A stretch of DNA of 29,683 nucleotides, taken from positions 1-29,683 of the IMG/VR virus record IMGVR_UViG_3300027644_000039; one strand, given 5' to 3'. This DNA is from a virus. Its lineage: Duplodnaviria > Caudoviricetes. This document shows positions 1 to 10,041 of the stretch, in pieces. The stretch's first letter is position 1, and each line of letters starts with the position of its first letter. The position numbers and the translations under genes are program-made. Below the pieces are notes generated by a model. The model was not told the origin of the DNA. It searched no databases and worked only from the letters and a program-made list of their open reading frames with translations.

Positions 1-1
1 T

Positions 2-1261
2 AATTATATTTGTGATGTTGATCAAAATTTTGATGTTGAAACTGCACCGTGTGTATTAGTTTCAAAAATACGTGATGAGTGTTGGGAAAAAAACCGATGT
101 CCTTATTATAATGCGCGTAACAAATCGCTTCTTTCAAATTTTTCTGTTTTAAATTATAAGATGTTTCTTGCATTACCGAATCATGTAAAACGCAAAAATT
201 TTATTATTTGTGATGAAGCCTCAGAATTAGAAGATGAGTTGGTTAAGCGTTTTTCAGCTGAAGTTACATATGACCGCTTGAAGCAGTATGGTATTAGCTT
301 TAACTCGCTTATTACCGATAATAAAGATAAAACAAGAGCGTGGATTTATGATTTAATTTTTCACGTTAGCGAACAAATTAATACTTTAATTAATCGGGTA
401 AATAAAAAACAACGAACACTTTCGCAGCCTGAAAAAATAAAATTACAGTATTTAAAAAACCTACACAATTCATTGACAACCGTCGACGGCCTCTGGAAGG
501 ATTGCGAATTTATTATTGATAAAGATAGTAAAAGGGTAACCTTTACTCCGCTAAAAGCTGATAGACTTACAAAATTTATTTTTGATTACGCTGAAAATGT
601 ATTGTTAATGTCAGCTACAATTATTGATCATAAGAATTTCGCAAAAACACTAGGCATTAAAGACTATGAATATGTAGAGGTTGAGAGCGATTTTGACCCT
701 GCTAAATCGCCTATATACGTATCATCAAAACATAAATTAAATTATAAAAACCTAACAAACGTTCTACCCGATATTTGCGAACAAATAAAAACAATTATTG
801 AGCATCATAAGAACGATAAAGGTATTATTCATACCCATTCGCGAGATATAACAAATTTTCTTAAAACGAAACTATCCAATAATAAGCGATTTTTGTTTAG
901 GGACGATCTAGCAAATAATGAAGAGATTCTTAAACAGCATTATGAAGCTGACTTTCCAACGATTCTAGTTTCACCCTCTTTATCTTTTGGTGTTGATTTG
1001 AAAGACGATCTAGCAAGATTTCAGATTATTATTAAACTTCCATTCCCTCCTTTATCATCAAAGCGTATAAAAAAATTATTTGAAACAGATAAAGATTGGT
1101 ATGAAAATAAGATGCTAAATTCATTAGTACAAGCATGTGGCCGAGCAACTCGTAGTAAGAACGATTTTTCAACCACCTATATACTTGATGGTAATATAGT
1201 TAATTCGCTTAAACGTACAAAAGATAAGTTACCTAAATCTTTTATAGAGCGCATTTGCTAA
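2..1261 (+). CDS. DinG/XPD(Rad3)-family Fe-S DNA helicase, 5'-truncated by window edge
   Basis: Frame is open from base 2 (NYICDVD...APCV...DECWEKNRCPYY, four Cys typical of the Fe-S domain). Also IICDEA (motif II), LLMSAT (III), SLSFGVD, KLPFP and QACGRATR (VI). Confidence 0.85.
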   Translation, partial: NYICDVDQNFDVETAPCVLVSKIRDECWEKNRCPYYNARNKSLLSNFSVLNYKMFLALPNHVKRKNFIICDEASELEDELVKRFSAEVTYDRLKQYGISFNSLITDNKDKTRAWIYDLIFHVSEQINTLINRVNKKQRTLSQPEKIKLQYLKNLHNSLTTVDGLWKDCEFIIDKDSKRVTFTPLKADRLTKFIFDYAENVLLMSATIIDHKNFAKTLGIKDYEYVEVESDFDPAKSPIYVSSKHKLNYKNLTNVLPDICEQIKTIIEHHKNDKGIIHTHSRDITNFLKTKLSNNKRFLFRDDLANNEEILKQHYEADFPTILVSPSLSFGVDLKDDLARFQIIIKLPFPPLSSKRIKKLFETDKDWYENKMLNSLVQACGRATRSKNDFSTTYILDGNIVNSLKRTKDKLPKSFIERIC

Positions 1262-1272
1262 TAAATATTATA

Positions 1273-2088
1273 GTGAAACTCGAGACCTTTCATTTTGAGA
1301 TTAAAGACCTAATAACACAGTTTGTAGCTGCGTTTGATGATATTATTATAAAAAGGCATGATAAGAATCGTGTACCGCAAAACAAAGTACAAGTAAGATA
1401 TGTATATGCTCCTAAAGAGCGAGTTTTATATGATTTGGTAAACAAAGCACAAAATCTTACAGTGCCTGTAGTTGCAGTAAGTATAACAAATGTAGCGCGC
1501 GATGAAGATCGTGTTTTTAATAAAAATAGCGGGTTTTATCTAACAAGAGGGCCAACAGATAATTCAATAAGCTCTACATCACAATATTACAGAACACCGG
1601 TGCCTGTTAATATCGGCGTCTCCATGTCTATTATAACAAAATTTCAATCAGATATGGATCAAATTATTTCAAATTTTGTTCCTTACAATAATCCTTATAT
1701 CATTCTTTCTTGGCAAATTCCAAGTACAGTTGTACCAAGCGGGTTTGATATTCCACAAGAAATACGAAGCGAAGTTTTATGGGACGGTGGAATCAATCTC
1801 TCTTATCCAATCGATATCCAGGCGAACGAAAAATATCGTCTTATTGGCGATACATCTTTTATAATAAAAGGCTGGCTATTCCCATACATGCAACAGCCCG
1901 TTGGAAACATATATTTTATTAATAATAACTTTAATTCATCATCAATTATCACTGATTACGACACGCTTACCGGTAATACATATACATATCCAATTAGTAC
2001 AAACCTAGTAAGCGATACAGAGACTATATCAATTTCTGGAATTCCACAATTTACTAATGTTGACTATACTACGTCACTCAATCAATAA
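1273..2088 (+). CDS. gp15: T4 gp15-like tail sheath stabiliser/terminator
   Basis: FVAAFDDIIIKR...VRYVYAPKERVL, PVPVNIGVSMSI, DMDQII..F.PY, F.IKGWLF resemble gp15. GTG at 1273 chosen because it lies 5 nt after TAAATA; the track starts it at 1255. Confidence 0.72.
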   Translation: MKLETFHFEIKDLITQFVAAFDDIIIKRHDKNRVPQNKVQVRYVYAPKERVLYDLVNKAQNLTVPVVAVSITNVARDEDRVFNKNSGFYLTRGPTDNSISSTSQYYRTPVPVNIGVSMSIITKFQSDMDQIISNFVPYNNPYIILSWQIPSTVVPSGFDIPQEIRSEVLWDGGINLSYPIDIQANEKYRLIGDTSFIIKGWLFPYMQQPVGNIYFINNNFNSSSIITDYDTLTGNTYTYPISTNLVSDTETISISGIPQFTNVDYTTSLNQ

Positions 2089-2143
2089 AGTGAATATTTA
2101 TAGTTTAAGTTTAGAATAGAGCACATAAATATAATAAAACAAT

Positions 2144-3949
2144 ATGGCAAACCAGGATTCAAATAGAGAAAGTACATTCGGCAGAGACTTGATGAAGTTC
2201 GTTTCTTCCAAATTACCCTATCAGTCTCTTAATATTGAAGATAAGATTAACTCACTTAATCCTAAGTACGAGGAATTCTTTGATAAAGGTACAAAACGCG
2301 AAGAAGCATTATCCAGACAATCTATTTCTTCATCGCTAGCTTTTACAGATGATTTATACGCAAATGTAATTCAAAATAAAGATTATCATAATTACATGTA
2401 TGCAAACTTGCAGCCTGATAAAGGTCGCAGGTTAATGGATTATAGGGTAATGGCAGCTTTCTCTGAAGTTGCAGATGCATTAGATGAAATATGCGATGAA
2501 TTTATTAACAAAGATGATAACGGTGAAATTGTTAAACTAAGATTAAAAACAGATGCGCTTTCTGAAGAGCAGAAAGAAAAGCTTAAAAAAGAATTTCAAA
2601 AGTATATTAGTTACTTTGACCTTGAAAATAGAGGTTGGGAGTACTTGAGACAGCTCTTAGTTGATTCTGAGTTATACTTTGAACATATTGTTCATAAGAA
2701 ATATCCTCAAGAAGGTATTCTTGGTGTTGTTGCTATTCCACCCGACCTTATTGACCCAATCTTTGAAAATGTACAAAACCAGATTGTAAGAGGCTATTTG
2801 TTACGTAAAAATATTTACGATGCTAAGAACCCTGGCAAAGTATCAAAAGTCGAGCTCGTTCCAATGGATGTTAATCAAGTTACATACATCAATTCAGGCA
2901 TATGGAATGAGTCAAAGACAGTTAGACTTCCGTTCATAGAAAATGCTAGAAGAGCTTACAGACAGCTATCACTTATTGAAGATGCGATCGTAATTTATCG
3001 TTTAGTCCGTGCACCAGAGCGTTTGGTTTTTAACGTTGATGTAGGTAATATGCCCCCTCCTAAAGCTGAAGCATATCTACGCAAATTAATGACAAATTAC
3101 TGGTCAAAGAGAACTTATGATGCTGATCAAGGTGCATCAGTACAAAAATTTAATCCGCAATCAATGCTCGATAGTTTTTGGTTTGCAAAACGCGCTGGTA
3201 GTGAGGGTACAACAGTTACCCAGTTGCCCGGCGGTGCTAATCTTGGTGAACTTACCGACTTGATGTATTTTGTACAAAAGCTCTACAAGTCGCTTAAAGT
3301 ACCAGTAACACGTCTTAATGTTGAAGATGTATTTAAAGATGGAACAGATATTCTTCGCGAAGAGCTAAAATTTGCACGATTTATTATTCGACAACAGCAG
3401 CGCTTTGCTACTGGGCTTAAAAATGGTTTTGTTACGCATCTCAAGCTAAAAAAGTTTTGGGAAGAATATAAACTTAAAGAAGCAGAAATCGATATTACGC
3501 TTAATGTACCGACAAACTTCTATGAGCTTAGAGAAAATCAGAAGTTCCAGCTTAAAGCAGAAAACTTTAATTCAATTACACAAAGCGATCTTGTCTCTAA
3601 AACATATGCACAGAAAAAATATCTCGGATGGACAGATACCGATCTTATGGCTAATAGAGAGTTTTTAAGAAAAGATAGAGAATTACTTTGGGAGTTAGAT
3701 CAAATTACAAATGGTGGACCAAATTGGAGAGAGCAAGGCGCTGTAGCGCCTGGTCAAGGACCCGAAGCAGGAGCCGGGGGAGCAGGAGGCGGTACAGCAG
3801 GTGGTGGAGGGTCTAGACTACCGCCTGAATTTGGTCCTGGGCCCGGTGGTGCTGGTGGAGAAGCAGGCGCAGCTACGCCAGCAGCTGGTGGAGGTACGGC
3901 TTCTAGTAGTGCAGCTGCGGGAGGCGAAACCGCTACTCCTGCGGCATAA
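2144..3949 (+). CDS. gp20: Portal vertex protein (T4 gp20-like) with Gly/Ala/Pro-rich C-terminal tail
   Basis: Hallmark LIEDAIVIYRLVRAPERLVFNVDVGNMPPPKAEAYL, QLPGGANLGEL and ILREELKF. Confidence 0.96.
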   Translation: MANQDSNRESTFGRDLMKFVSSKLPYQSLNIEDKINSLNPKYEEFFDKGTKREEALSRQSISSSLAFTDDLYANVIQNKDYHNYMYANLQPDKGRRLMDYRVMAAFSEVADALDEICDEFINKDDNGEIVKLRLKTDALSEEQKEKLKKEFQKYISYFDLENRGWEYLRQLLVDSELYFEHIVHKKYPQEGILGVVAIPPDLIDPIFENVQNQIVRGYLLRKNIYDAKNPGKVSKVELVPMDVNQVTYINSGIWNESKTVRLPFIENARRAYRQLSLIEDAIVIYRLVRAPERLVFNVDVGNMPPPKAEAYLRKLMTNYWSKRTYDADQGASVQKFNPQSMLDSFWFAKRAGSEGTTVTQLPGGANLGELTDLMYFVQKLYKSLKVPVTRLNVEDVFKDGTDILREELKFARFIIRQQQRFATGLKNGFVTHLKLKKFWEEYKLKEAEIDITLNVPTNFYELRENQKFQLKAENFNSITQSDLVSKTYAQKKYLGWTDTDLMANREFLRKDRELLWELDQITNGGPNWREQGAVAPGQGPEAGAGGAGGGTAGGGGSRLPPEFGPGPGGAGGEAGAATPAAGGGTASSSAAAGGETATPAA

Positions 3950-3975
3950 CCCGCTAAATTAATTAAATAATAGTT

Positions 3976-4962
3976 ATGGCTGTATATTATCCATCTTTTG
4001 ATAATTACAGACGCGCACAAGTTCGTCAAAAACAACTCTTACACACTGATTATAAAACAGTTATACAAGAGGGCATCGGTGTAGGAGCTATTCCAGCAGT
4101 AAATACTTCACCTACACCAACTCCCACCCAGACAATAACTCCTACATTAACCCCTTCGGTAACTATTACGCAAACTAATACGCCTTCCACTACACCATCA
4201 GTTACACCTACAGAAACTCCAACAAGCACACCATCAGTTACACCTACAACAACTCAAACGCCTACACCTTCAGTAACAGAGACACCTACATCAACACCGA
4301 CGCAGACGCTGACCCAAACGCCTACGCCTTCAGTAACGAAAACGCCTACTATAACACCGACACAAACGCACACAGTGACACCGACAGTAACACAAACGCA
4401 CACAGTGACACCGACAGTAACACCAACACCAACAGTGACACCAAATCTTGTAACAATATTTTATTATTCCGATTCTACAATATCTTCCAGCATGGATACT
4501 ACATTGACAGACTCGAGTCGTAATATTAATAAAACTTTGATTGCAGTTAATATTGGCAGCGTAGTAACTAGTATTGGTACTGCTTTCGCTAATTGTACAG
4601 AGCTCACTGACATTATTATTCCTAGCAATGTGACGAGTATTGGTTATGCTGCATTTCAAGGCTGTACCGGTCTTACTAGTGTTACTATTCCTAGCAGCGT
4701 GACGGCTATTGGAGATTACATGTTTTTTTATTGCACTAACTTAGTTAGTGTATATTTCTTAGGCAATGCTCCTACTGGGGGATTTGGAGCGTTTGAAGGT
4801 ACAGCGTGTACAGTGTATTATTGTTCAGATAAAGCTAACTTTACCAATCCTTTCTTAGACCGACCTGCGGTAGCTATTACATGTGGTAATAATACACGCA
4901 CACCTACCCCGACACCCACTGCAACACCAACACCTACACAGACTATTACACCTTCAATTTGA
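3976..4962 (+). CDS. Pro/Thr-repeat protein with BspA-type leucine-rich repeats (LRR_5)
   Basis: About 110 aa of TPT repeats, then [32 protein letters not shown] repeats, a VYFLGNAP cap and a second TP tract. Confidence 0.8.
   Translation: MAVYYPSFDNYRRAQVRQKQLLHTDYKTVIQEGIGVGAIPAVNTSPTPTPTQTITPTLTPSVTITQTNTPSTTPSVTPTETPTSTPSVTPTTTQTPTPSVTETPTSTPTQTLTQTPTPSVTKTPTITPTQTHTVTPTVTQTHTVTPTVTPTPTVTPNLVTIFYYSDSTISSSMDTTLTDSSRNINKTLIAVNIGSVVTSIGTAFANCTELTDIIIPSNVTSIGYAAFQGCTGLTSVTIPSSVTAIGDYMFFYCTNLVSVYFLGNAPTGGFGAFEGTACTVYYCSDKANFTNPFLDRPAVAITCGNNTRTPTPTPTATPTPTQTITPSI
4360..4423 (+). repeat. Perfect 30-bp tandem duplication within the Pro/Thr linker
   Basis: CACAAACGCACACAGTGACACCGACAGTAA at 4361-4390 and 4391-4420 ([10 protein letters not shown] x2). 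Confidence 0.9.
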
Positions 4963-5066
4963 TCTTACGCTCTTAAGAGATAGAGTAATTACATTGATAT
5001 AAGCATTTAGTAGTTTATAAGAAATATTAGTTGTATATTTTAACGATAATAAATTAAATAATATAT

Positions 5067-6143
5067 ATGGACTGTTCTGCAATTACGCCTATAACAGCGT
5101 TTCAAAGCACTAATCTTAATAGTAAGATAGATACATTTTCACGCCTTGGAGATAGAATTACACGTAGCCTTGGCGCGCCGTTAATTAATCTGGAACTACA
5201 TCACGATCAATTGTTTGAAAATATTTCTATAGCTTGTGAGATGTTTGCAAGATATGCAGGATATACAGAAGAAATTTTAGTTTTTGATTCTAATTTATAT
5301 ATAGACGGCAAGGGAATTAAGATGGATGAATTGTTTAGCATTACCCCGTTTTTTAATAAAACCATTACACCATCCAAAACAGTTTACGCCGCAACATCAT
5401 CAATTACTAGTAGTATTTTCAGCTCATCCACTACACTATCAAGTATATATTCCGACGGTATTTTTAACAATCAAATCTTAACTACATTAAGCTATCTTAG
5501 CGTAATTAATTTTAACGGCACATTAGCACAATATTTTAATCCATCATCTAATAGTCAAGAGAAGTTCGTTAATAGTTTTGACTATGATATAATGGATTAT
5601 AGAAAAGTAATTGATGTTATTGACTTCGAAGAAGGAAGCTCTGACGGTGTTAATACCTTGTTTACTATTGAACAAACACTAGCACAGCAAACATATTTTA
5701 GTTATGCGATGGGCAATTATGGCTTCGATCTTATTAGCTGGTATACACTTAAGAATTGGTTGGAAGTGCGCGAAAAATTACTTGCAACGCGTAGGTATTA
5801 TACTTTCGATGATAGGACTCAGTATCTTGTTTTCTTCCCACCACCTCGTACACCGGGATCAGGAAGCCGTTTCTACGGTGCAATGCCATGCTATGTTGAA
5901 AGACCACTAAGGGATATTATTAAGGAGCCTTGGGTATATCAGTATGCACTTGCATTAAGCAAAATTTCAGTAGGCAATGTACGTGGTAAATATACTGGTA
6001 CAACGCTCTTCGGAGGAGGACAGATTAATTATAATGATCTTCTCTCACAAGGACTTGCTGAAAAAGAAAAGCTCGAACAAAAGCTTTACGAAGGTGCACC
6101 AGGACTAGGCGCTGCAGCGCCGCCTCAGTTCTTTGTTGGATAA
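5067..6143 (+). CDS. gp13: Neck protein (T4 gp13-like)
   Basis: RSLGAPLINLEL..DQL, and C-terminal WVYQYALALSK..G..RGKY.G..L.GG..IN as in gp13. Confidence 0.85.
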   Translation: MDCSAITPITAFQSTNLNSKIDTFSRLGDRITRSLGAPLINLELHHDQLFENISIACEMFARYAGYTEEILVFDSNLYIDGKGIKMDELFSITPFFNKTITPSKTVYAATSSITSSIFSSSTTLSSIYSDGIFNNQILTTLSYLSVINFNGTLAQYFNPSSNSQEKFVNSFDYDIMDYRKVIDVIDFEEGSSDGVNTLFTIEQTLAQQTYFSYAMGNYGFDLISWYTLKNWLEVREKLLATRRYYTFDDRTQYLVFFPPPRTPGSGSRFYGAMPCYVERPLRDIIKEPWVYQYALALSKISVGNVRGKYTGTTLFGGGQINYNDLLSQGLAEKEKLEQKLYEGAPGLGAAAPPQFFVG

Positions 6144-6601
6144 TGATTCCATTAAATAAAACAGATAAGTATAGGCAAGGTCTTTTTAGACCAAGAAACA
6201 CATCAAAATATGTTGGACGTAATCCACCTGTTTATAGATCGGGTTGGGAATTAAAGTTTTTTAGATGGTGTGACGAGAATACTAATGTCCTTGAATGGGC
6301 CAGTGAAGCAATTGTTATACCGTATATTAACCCTATCGATGGTAAAGCTCATAGATATATTACCGATGGGGTTGTTGTAATAAAAGAAGCGGATAAGGTT
6401 AGTAAATATATTATAGAGATAAAACCAAGCGATCAGTTGTTACAGCCTGTTGCAGGAAAAAAGAAGAATAGTACTGTCATTTATGAGAATAAACGATATA
6501 TACAGAATATGGCTAAGTGGAAAGCAGCTAAAACCTGGTGTGACAAAAGAAATTACAAATTCTTGATTTTGACAGAAAAGGAATTAGGTCTAAATAAATA
6601 G
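6143..6601 (+). CDS. gp4: Head completion nuclease (T4 gp4-like, TnsA-like fold)
   Basis: KY.G...VYRSGWE.KF..WCD, WASE...IPY.NPIDGK.HRY, IEIKP, N.AKW.AA, ILTEKEL. TAATG overlap with gp13. Confidence 0.9.
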   Translation: MIPLNKTDKYRQGLFRPRNTSKYVGRNPPVYRSGWELKFFRWCDENTNVLEWASEAIVIPYINPIDGKAHRYITDGVVVIKEADKVSKYIIEIKPSDQLLQPVAGKKKNSTVIYENKRYIQNMAKWKAAKTWCDKRNYKFLILTEKELGLNK

Positions 6602-6613
6602 ACATCTAAATAA

Positions 6614-6619
6614 TAAATA
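6614..6619 (+). promoter_or_regulatory. T4-like late promoter core TAAATA (representative of about 20 copies)
   Basis: TAAATA 5 nt before the gp21 ATG; same spacing at many genes on both strands (see findings). Confidence 0.8.
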
Positions 6620-6624
6620 ATAAT

Positions 6625-7296
6625 ATGGCTTTACGTCTATTAGTCGAAACACCGGCTCCGGAAGAGCAATTTGAATATATACTAGAAGAAAAAAATTCTA
6701 AAGAGCCAGCACGTCTTTGTATTCAAGGACCTTACATGGTCTGTAATGAAGTAAATAAAAATCAAAGAATTTATGAGAAGTCAGATATGGAGCGCGAAGT
6801 TAATCGTTACATTAAAGAGATGGTTAATTCTAAGCGCGCCATGGGTGAATTGAATCACCCTACATCTGCTGAAGTTAATCTTGAAAGAGCTTGTCATATA
6901 GTAACCAATCTAAAGTTAGAAGGTAATTATGTTATCGGTAAGTCGCAAGTGCTCTCTACACCGATGGGACAAATTGTTCGCTCTCTTATTAATGACGGAG
7001 TTAAGGTTGGTATGTCAAGCCGCGCTCTTGGTAAGCTAAACGAAGAAGCTGGTGGTGTTAATCGCGTTACCGACATGCGCCTTATTGCTGTTGATTGTGT
7101 TGCAGATCCGTCGTGCCCCAAGGCGTTTGTTAACGGTATTCTCGAAAGTAAGCAGTATATACTCGCTGCCGATGGCCAGTTAGAAGAAGTATTTGAGCGT
7201 TTTGAGAATTCACTTAAAAATTTACCTGGGAAAGAAGTACAAGCATATCTCAAAGAGCAAATTCTTTCTTTCTTTAAGCATTTAAAGGCTAACTAA
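6625..7296 (+). CDS. gp21: Prohead core protease (T4 gp21-like)
   Basis: NKNQRIY, AMGELNHP, STPMGQIV, GMSSRALG, DCVADPS. Confidence 0.93.
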   Translation: MALRLLVETPAPEEQFEYILEEKNSKEPARLCIQGPYMVCNEVNKNQRIYEKSDMEREVNRYIKEMVNSKRAMGELNHPTSAEVNLERACHIVTNLKLEGNYVIGKSQVLSTPMGQIVRSLINDGVKVGMSSRALGKLNEEAGGVNRVTDMRLIAVDCVADPSCPKAFVNGILESKQYILAADGQLEEVFERFENSLKNLPGKEVQAYLKEQILSFFKHLKAN

Positions 7297-7343
7297 ATAT
7301 GAAAAAAGAGAAGAAAACACTCAAAGGTAAGATAAATAATAAT

Positions 7344-7514
7344 ATGGCCAATAAAGTTGCTAAAAGCAAGGTTAATGAAAGTTCGGAAATAATTAAGTTT
7401 TTACGCTCAATTTCCCAAAAAAATTATTCCGAGGCCAATAAATATTTACAGAACGTTATCGAATCGAAGCTTAAAGCTAAGATGGCTAACGCTCTAAAAG
7501 AAAACATTTTTTAA
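7344..7514 (+). CDS. Small basic protein, possible prohead core component
   Basis: Lies between gp21 and gp22. ATG 7344 is 5 nt after TAAATA (the track uses 7299). TAA-T-ATG junction to gp22. Confidence 0.55.
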   Translation: MANKVAKSKVNESSEIIKFLRSISQKNYSEANKYLQNVIESKLKAKMANALKENIF

Positions 7515-7515
7515 T

Positions 7516-8403
7516 ATGGAAAACAACAATATATCGAGCGTTCTTAGAGAAGCAACCAAGGATATTCTTACAGAGGATGTTCTTAAGGAAATCGAAGCCG
7601 CTTTTAATACTACAGTAAATGAAAGAGTACAATTACATGTTGAAAAAGCTTTGTCAGAACAAGATGCTGATTATTCAAAGAAGCTTGAAACACTTGTTGA
7701 AGCTATCGATACTGATCATACAGATAAGCTCAAAAAAGTTGTTGAAGCTATTGATGCTGATCGCGCTGAGAAGCTTAAGACTGTTGTTGAAAAATATGAA
7801 GCGGCGCTAAACAAAGAAGCCGCTGCATTTAAATCTTCTATGGTAGACAAAGTAAGTAAATTCCTCGATCTTTATATCGATGAGAAATTACCTACTACTG
7901 CTATTAATGAAGCTGTGAAGAACAAGAGGGCTGTTGGGCTTCTCGAAGATCTTCGCAAGGTTCTTTCTGTTGACATGATTCTCGCGAAAGATAATATTCG
8001 CGATGCTATTGTTGATGGAAAGACAAAAATTGATGAAGCTGCTAGTCAGCTTGAAGCCGCTAATAAGCAGGTTACAAAGTTAACTGAAGAGAATAAGAAG
8101 TTAACTTCTAAGATTGTCTTAGAAGGAAAAATTTCTAATCTCGATGAAGATAAGAAGACTTACATGAAGAAAATGTTAGATGGTAAGTCAGCTGATTTCA
8201 TTAAGGAAAACTTTGATTACACACTCAATTTATTTGAGAAAACTGAAGAAGAGCGGCTTTCGAATCTTAAGACAGAAGCCGTAACAGAATCTGTATCAAC
8301 TAACGTTGACAGACCTGTTATTGAAGAGAAGGTTTCTGAGCCCGCAAATGAAGAAGCAGCCCCCGCGTTTGGCCTCTACATGAGCGAGCTTAAAAAATAC
8401 TAA
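7516..8403 (+). CDS. gp22: Prohead scaffold protein (T4 gp22-like)
   Basis: Acidic helical coiled-coil of 295 aa between protease and capsid gene; ends ..LYMSELKKY. Confidence 0.8.
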   Translation: MENNNISSVLREATKDILTEDVLKEIEAAFNTTVNERVQLHVEKALSEQDADYSKKLETLVEAIDTDHTDKLKKVVEAIDADRAEKLKTVVEKYEAALNKEAAAFKSSMVDKVSKFLDLYIDEKLPTTAINEAVKNKRAVGLLEDLRKVLSVDMILAKDNIRDAIVDGKTKIDEAASQLEAANKQVTKLTEENKKLTSKIVLEGKISNLDEDKKTYMKKMLDGKSADFIKENFDYTLNLFEKTEEERLSNLKTEAVTESVSTNVDRPVIEEKVSEPANEEAAPAFGLYMSELKKY

Positions 8404-8486
8404 TTTTTTAATAAAGATTTAATTGAGGGCTCTGCCCCTGAATAGTTTATAAAAGGTCGACAAGTTACATAGGAAATTATTATTAT

Positions 8487-9983
8487 ATGTCAAAACAAAT
8501 TCGTCCTACACAGGCTTACATCGATGAGTCTCGCGCGAAAGTATTGCTCGAAAAATGGGGTCCAGTATTGGATTACTCTTCGAACAATGTTGCCGCGATT
8601 GAAGATGATCACACTCGTTTGAACACCGCCATCCTTTTGGAAAACCAAGAGAAGTGGTGTTTCGAAGCTAGCAACGTCGCTGGTGGAACCCCCGGAGTAT
8701 TCAGCAATGGCCAAATCAATGCTGGTGCCTTCGGTAATCAGTTCCCTTCCCAGAATGACAGCGCTTATGCTCCTAACGATTCGCGTCTTCCGAAGATTCT
8801 AATCCCGATGATCCGCCGTACGTTCCCTGAGTTGATCACTAACGAAATCGTTGGTGTTCAGCCCATGAGCGGTCCTGTAGGTCTCGCTTTTGCTCTACGT
8901 TATAAGTACGAAGGTACTGCTCTCGGTGCTACTAATGCAAAAGGTCTTGATGGCTCTCTAGCCTCAGGAGCTCTCGCTGGTGGTCCTCAGAGTCAGTCCG
9001 ACGGTGCCGAATTAGGTTACCAATACCTCGATTCACGCTTTACTGGTGTTTCTTCTGCTGCCCTCTCGGGTAACAGTTTCTTCTCCGTAAAAGCTCAGGA
9101 TCAAGGTGTTGCTCAGTTGCTAGCCAACTTTGAGTTAACCTCAAACATTCCCCAGGTCGTAGTTAGCTTCGAAAAGACAGCCGTTGAGGCTGGTACTCGT
9201 AGGCTCGCCGCCCGCTGGTCTGTTGAACTCGAGCAGGATCTTAAGAACATGAACGGCATTGATATCGATACCGAACTCACCAACGCTATGTCGTATGAGT
9301 TGCAGGCCGAAATCGACCGTGAAATGATCATTCGTATGATCCAGACAGCCCTAAACGCTGGCTTAGGAACAGGCTTCTCAGTCTGGTCCCCTGCCTCCGC
9401 AGACGGCCGTTGGCTCGTTGAGCGCAATCGCGACTTCTATCAGAGACTAATTGTTGAAGCTAACAGAATCGCTGTCCGTAACCGCCGTGGTTCGGCAAAT
9501 TTCATTGTGGCAACACCTCGTGTGTGCGCCATTCTTGAGATGCTGCCCGAATTCCAGTGGGTTCCGGTCCAGGGTAATGTTAACACACAACCCGTTGGCG
9601 TCGCCAAGGTAGGTTCACTTGCTGGTCGTTTTAACGTATACCGCGATACACGTACAGAAGCACAGGCTGAAGCTAACGCCGGAGGAAACTTCGGCGGTAA
9701 CGGTGGGTTCCCCGCCGGTACAACACGCACAACCCGTCTCGAGTACGCTCTCCTTGGTTACAAGGGTCCGGAATTCTACGACACTGGTATCATCTATTGT
9801 CCGTATATTCCGGTAATGGTTCAGAGAACTATTGGTCCTAATGATTTTGCTCCTCGTGTTGGTCTATTAACCCGTTATGGCGTTGTAGATAACATCTTCG
9901 GTGCAAATCTTTATTACCACGTAATTATCTTGACCGGTCTCGGTGTTGCGTTCCAGCCTGGAACACAATCAGTCTACTTCTAA
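8487..9983 (+). CDS. gp23: Major capsid protein (T4 gp23-like)
   Basis: LLEKWGPVL, AILLENQ, VGVQPMSGPVGLAFALR, ELEQDLKNMNGID, EIDRE, YCPYIP, TRYG. Confidence 0.98.
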   Translation: MSKQIRPTQAYIDESRAKVLLEKWGPVLDYSSNNVAAIEDDHTRLNTAILLENQEKWCFEASNVAGGTPGVFSNGQINAGAFGNQFPSQNDSAYAPNDSRLPKILIPMIRRTFPELITNEIVGVQPMSGPVGLAFALRYKYEGTALGATNAKGLDGSLASGALAGGPQSQSDGAELGYQYLDSRFTGVSSAALSGNSFFSVKAQDQGVAQLLANFELTSNIPQVVVSFEKTAVEAGTRRLAARWSVELEQDLKNMNGIDIDTELTNAMSYELQAEIDREMIIRMIQTALNAGLGTGFSVWSPASADGRWLVERNRDFYQRLIVEANRIAVRNRRGSANFIVATPRVCAILEMLPEFQWVPVQGNVNTQPVGVAKVGSLAGRFNVYRDTRTEAQAEANAGGNFGGNGGFPAGTTRTTRLEYALLGYKGPEFYDTGIIYCPYIPVMVQRTIGPNDFAPRVGLLTRYGVVDNIFGANLYYHVIILTGLGVAFQPGTQSVYF

Positions 9984-10041
9984 AAAAGTAGTCGGGATAC
10001 AAAAAAGAAACCATTTTCACCTAGTCCGTCCTAGGAAATTT

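Noticed and set aside
3712-4035. GC-rich island and Pro-rich antisense ORF at the portal 3' end
   Set aside because: Explained by the Gly/Ala/Pro low-complexity tail of the portal protein.
4100-4445. Repeat tract as a possible CRISPR array
   Set aside because: In-frame degenerate coding repeats with no unique spacers and no cas genes.
4970-4979. CTCTTAAGAG palindrome after the LRR gene
   Set aside because: Short, no loop or U-tract, and not seen repeated.
8490-9816. Antisense and alternate-frame ORFs over gp23
   Set aside because: Shadow ORFs caused by the higher GC and biased codons of the capsid gene; no motifs or promoter.
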